DNA of 64,000 nt from the human T2T-CHM13v2.0 reference genome, Homo sapiens: assembly GCF_009914755.1 (NCBI RefSeq), contig NC_060927.1. The stretch is one strand, 5' to 3'. Below, one piece after another: positions 60,432 through 64,000 of this stretch (position 1 is the stretch's first letter; every line of letters begins with the position of its first letter). Made by a program: the position numbers and the translations under genes. Below the pieces are notes generated by a model. It was not told the DNA's origin. It ran no database searches and saw only the letters and a list, made by a program, of their open reading frames with translations.

Positions 60432-60898
60432 AATGGAATACTACCCAGCCATAAAAAAGAAACAAAAACGTGTTCTTTATGGCCTTTGTGGTAACATGAA
60501 TGCAGTTGGAGGCCATCATCCTAAGCAAATTAATGCAGCAACAGAAACCCAAATACAGCATGTTCTCACTTCTAAGTGGGAACCAAATATTGGTACTCAT
60601 GGACATAAAGATGGCAACAATTGACACTGGGACTACTAGAGGGAGAAGAGAGTGGAGCAAGGTTTGAGAAACTCACTATTTGATACTATGCTCACTATCT
60701 GGGTGACAGGATCAATAGCACCCCAAACCTCACCGTCATGCAATATACTCAGTTAACAAACCTGCACACGTACCCTCAAGTCTAAAATAAAAGTTGGAAT
60801 TATTTTTAAAAAGTATTTTATAATAAAATATAGACAATAACTTGATTGACAGAGAAATGCAAATGTTATTTATTAGGCTGTGGAGGGTAACTGATGGT

Positions 60899-60970
60899 AG
60901 GAAGCAGAAGGAGAAGGAGGAGGAGGAGGAGGAAAAAGGGAAGAAGAAATAAGAGAAGGAAGAGAAAAAG
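60899..60970. repeat. GA-rich / (GGA)n low-complexity tract
   Basis: Directly visible. Confidence 0.8.
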
Positions 60971-62799
60971 AGTATAATGTACTTGTAAAGCTTAATCTGT
61001 TAGCAGTTAGAGGTTTTGATGAGAGATGAAGCAGGTTGATTGGAAGGCTATAGTAATACCACAGATTCCAGGTAACAAAGAGCACATAGTGATGGTGTAA
61101 AAGAAATGGTGGGTAAGATTCAAGCTTATGATACCAAAGGAACCTCATTTTTTAAAGTCACAAACTAGTATTTTTGAGCACCTCTTAGGTCCCAAGACAT
61201 TAGGATTAGAACCAAAGAGCAAAGCATTTTTTTTTCTCCCAAATGGATGATTAGCTAAACCCACAAAAAAGACTTTTTGCTAAGATTAGATGGTTAACTT
61301 TAGTAAATGTTGGGCAAAGAAAACTGAGAAGACAAAGGTTATTGTGAGATTCTGAAACTAATGTCTAAACTACCATTATTAGGAAAAGAATGGTAAGTAG
61401 GAAAAGCACATTTGGCCAGAAATAATGACTTTTGCTTTAGAAAAGTTGATTTGCGTATTTAGACTAGCTTTTTACATTTCAATCTAGAATTTTAAAGAAA
61501 GTTGGAAGCAGGGATAACTTCTCTACTTGATCTTACCCTGAAATATTGAGGCCACTGAGGCCTTTTAGTCAATTTCCTTGTCTAGCTGTCTATACTGTGT
61601 GGATCACTTCTCTCATTTCTACATAACTTTATGTTTAAGATCTGTTTATTATTTCTGTCATCTTCTGAACTCCTATGAGTATAATGTTTGGTTACACCTA
61701 TTTAGTAACTGCTATCCATCAGCCATCTGCTTTTTTACATAATTTATATAGTCTTGGTACTTATACAATCGCCCAAATTCTTTTATGTGTTTTATTTATA
61801 ATTGGGTAGCAATAGAAATTTTATGTGATATTTTCCAGAGTACAAAAGAATAAGCTCCCACCACGGACTTACCTAACAAAATGTCTCAGTTGGTGTGCTT
61901 TTAATAGGCCTCTCTCCCAGATGATGCTAACAGACCCACTTCTCTATGATTATTATTAATTATGCATATAATACGATGATTATTGTTGAGTAGGAGAACT
62001 CTAAATAACAGTAACTATTTGATGGAACAGTTGTTTCATGCTTACCTCTAGCACAAATCAAAGTACCATTCAAATATAAAAATTAAAGCAAAGATACTTG
62101 TTCTTAAACTGGAAGAGCTTTCTTCATGTAAAACAAATTTTTAAGTTAGGAAAGTATTTGTTGCTTATGAAAACCTAAACAATCATTACTAATATGTGTT
62201 TTAAAATATTTTAAAGAAAATAATGAGATTATATTAAATCTTTGTAATGCTTTATGGCCCCACCCCCCTATTGCATGAAGAGACTGTGAAGTACTTTTCA
62301 GAAGCTCAAATAACCTTGATTTTAGAGAATCGTCGAGTGTCATAACTGTCTCATTAGGCAAACTGTTCACTCACTAGTTGATTGTCATTGCTTTAGGGAG
62401 ACAGAAATTATTCTTTGTCTCTTTTGATTGCAATGTTCAATATAATTATCCTGAATTGAGAAACAAGTTAAAAAAATAAAAGATGATGTAATTATCTCTG
62501 ATGTCTTCTTTCCAAGTATAACAATAAGGATACCTCTATAAATAATCTATCTAACTTTAACTTTGCCTGGATGATAAATGTGAAATCTAGACAGGAGATT
62601 ATGAAAAACTATGTTGTTTTTGACAAACAGCAGTGAATGGTTTGGATGCATGTGACTTAACTAGAGGAAGAATGTATCTAGGTTTCTATATATGAATATT
62701 TTATTTTTGATTTGTGTTTTTAAATCATTACATTCTAGAGAGAATGTAAGTAATCTCATTTATTAGATTCCATTCCACTCATCATATTTGAGCCAAATT

Positions 62800-63436
62800 T
62801 AATATATGTCAAAACTGATAGTTCTGAAAAAAGTTAGTTTCAACATCTTCAAAATGTGATGCTCTGTTAGGTGCATATGCTTAAGGATTACATCATTTCG
62901 CAAACTGGGTTATGTAATACTTCTCTTTTTACCTGATAATTTTTCTTCTTCTTAAATTCATTTTGAAATTAATATAGCTGCTCTAGCTTTCTGTTAAGTA
63001 GTGTTGACATACTCCATCCTTTCCTCTGAACCTATTTGAGTCTTTGTATTTAAAATTAGTTTCTGATAGAAAACATACAGTTGGGCTCTTTTTTTAAATT
63101 CAGTTTAACAATCTCTGTATTTTAAGCAGGGTGCTTAGACTATCCGCATGTATAATGATTATTTATATAACTGAATTTATATCTGCTATATCTGCAATTG
63201 TCTCCTATTTGTTGGATTTGTTCTTTGTTTCTTTTTAAGCTCAGTTTTTCTGCCTTTTGTTATTTGAGCATTTTATGTGATTTCATCTATCTGTCATCGA
63301 TCTATCTATCTATCTTTCTATCTATCTATCTATATCTTTTAGCAGTTGACTATAGTTTACAATATTTATTTTTAAATAATCTTAGGCAACCCATAAATAA
63401 CACTGTACCATTCATGTATAGTGCAAATACCTTACA
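62800..63436 (-). mobile_element. Old L1M fragment (inter-ORF/ORF2 start) with (TCTA)n
   Basis: 'gctctgttaggtgcata', 'gaaattaatatagctgctctagctttctg', 'acatacagttgggctct', 'acaatctctgtattttaa'. Confidence 0.72.
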
Positions 63437-63437
63437 G

Positions 63438-64000
63438 TGAGAAATAAAAATAAAATCCTAAACCTGTCAAGCCCCACAACTGACTGAGCAGAACCTCTCT
63501 TGGCCAGCAGGGCCCCAGAGAAATCTTAAAGACTGAGTTCCTGGTAATGACAGGATAAAAGTTGGACACACTTCATTATGTTCATTACTTACTAACCTTT
63601 AACCAGAATTCTTTCCTAAAGAGTAAGCAGAAACCAGCTCTGGAAAACAAAAAAAATGAAGGCCTCATTTCTTTATTACCCTTAGCCGATCATCTGAGGT
63701 TGCGACTAGACTCCCTCTCTGCAGTTCCAATGTGATGGCTCATGAGTTTCACAATGCATTCTTTGCTATTAATAAAAACTGAGCATCACTTTGAGACTAA
63801 TTTTAGCCAACTCAAAGAGGAAGATTTGCAGTGAGAGTTTGTGTGTCCTGTGCTTCACCTTTGATATAGGAGGGCTGAAACTCCACCCTAGGATCATGCT
63901 GTGGCTGCAGTTTGTTGACCATGTGACCCATGAAGAGGCATGAAACCCAATTGTGCATGTGCATGTCTCTTCTTTCATAAATATTCATGACTCCTCTCAG
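63438..64000 (+). mobile_element. MER39-type ERV1 LTR, truncated by window end
   Basis: 'tgagaaataaaaataaaatcctaa...caactgactga...ctcttggcca...ccccagagaaa...gactgagttcc', 'cataaatattcatgactcctc'. Confidence 0.85.

Overview
AT-rich, CpG-depleted primate genomic DNA. AluY plus an L1PA2-type 3' end point to human or great ape. It reads as gene-poor intergenic or deep-intronic sequence dominated by interspersed repeats: L1 fragments of many ages on both strands, about 13 Alu copies, about 13 ERV/MaLR LTRs, one ERVL internal remnant, DNA-transposon fossils (Tigger3, MER53, MADE1), L2 and MIR. I found no credible protein-coding exon, RNA gene, CpG island or CRISPR-like array. Every ORF in the supplied track is an L1/Alu reading-frame remnant or a chance ORF. 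I could not support a new biological system here. The best leads are modest: a MADE1 (miR-548-type) hairpin with an internal duplication, an inverted AluY arrangement, a young L1 lacking an obvious TSD, a perfect 34-bp duplication, nested TE stacks, and two repeat-free stretches that may be regulatory. Subfamily names come from remembered consensus sequences, and boundaries of old elements are approximate; both need RepeatMasker/Dfam confirmation.
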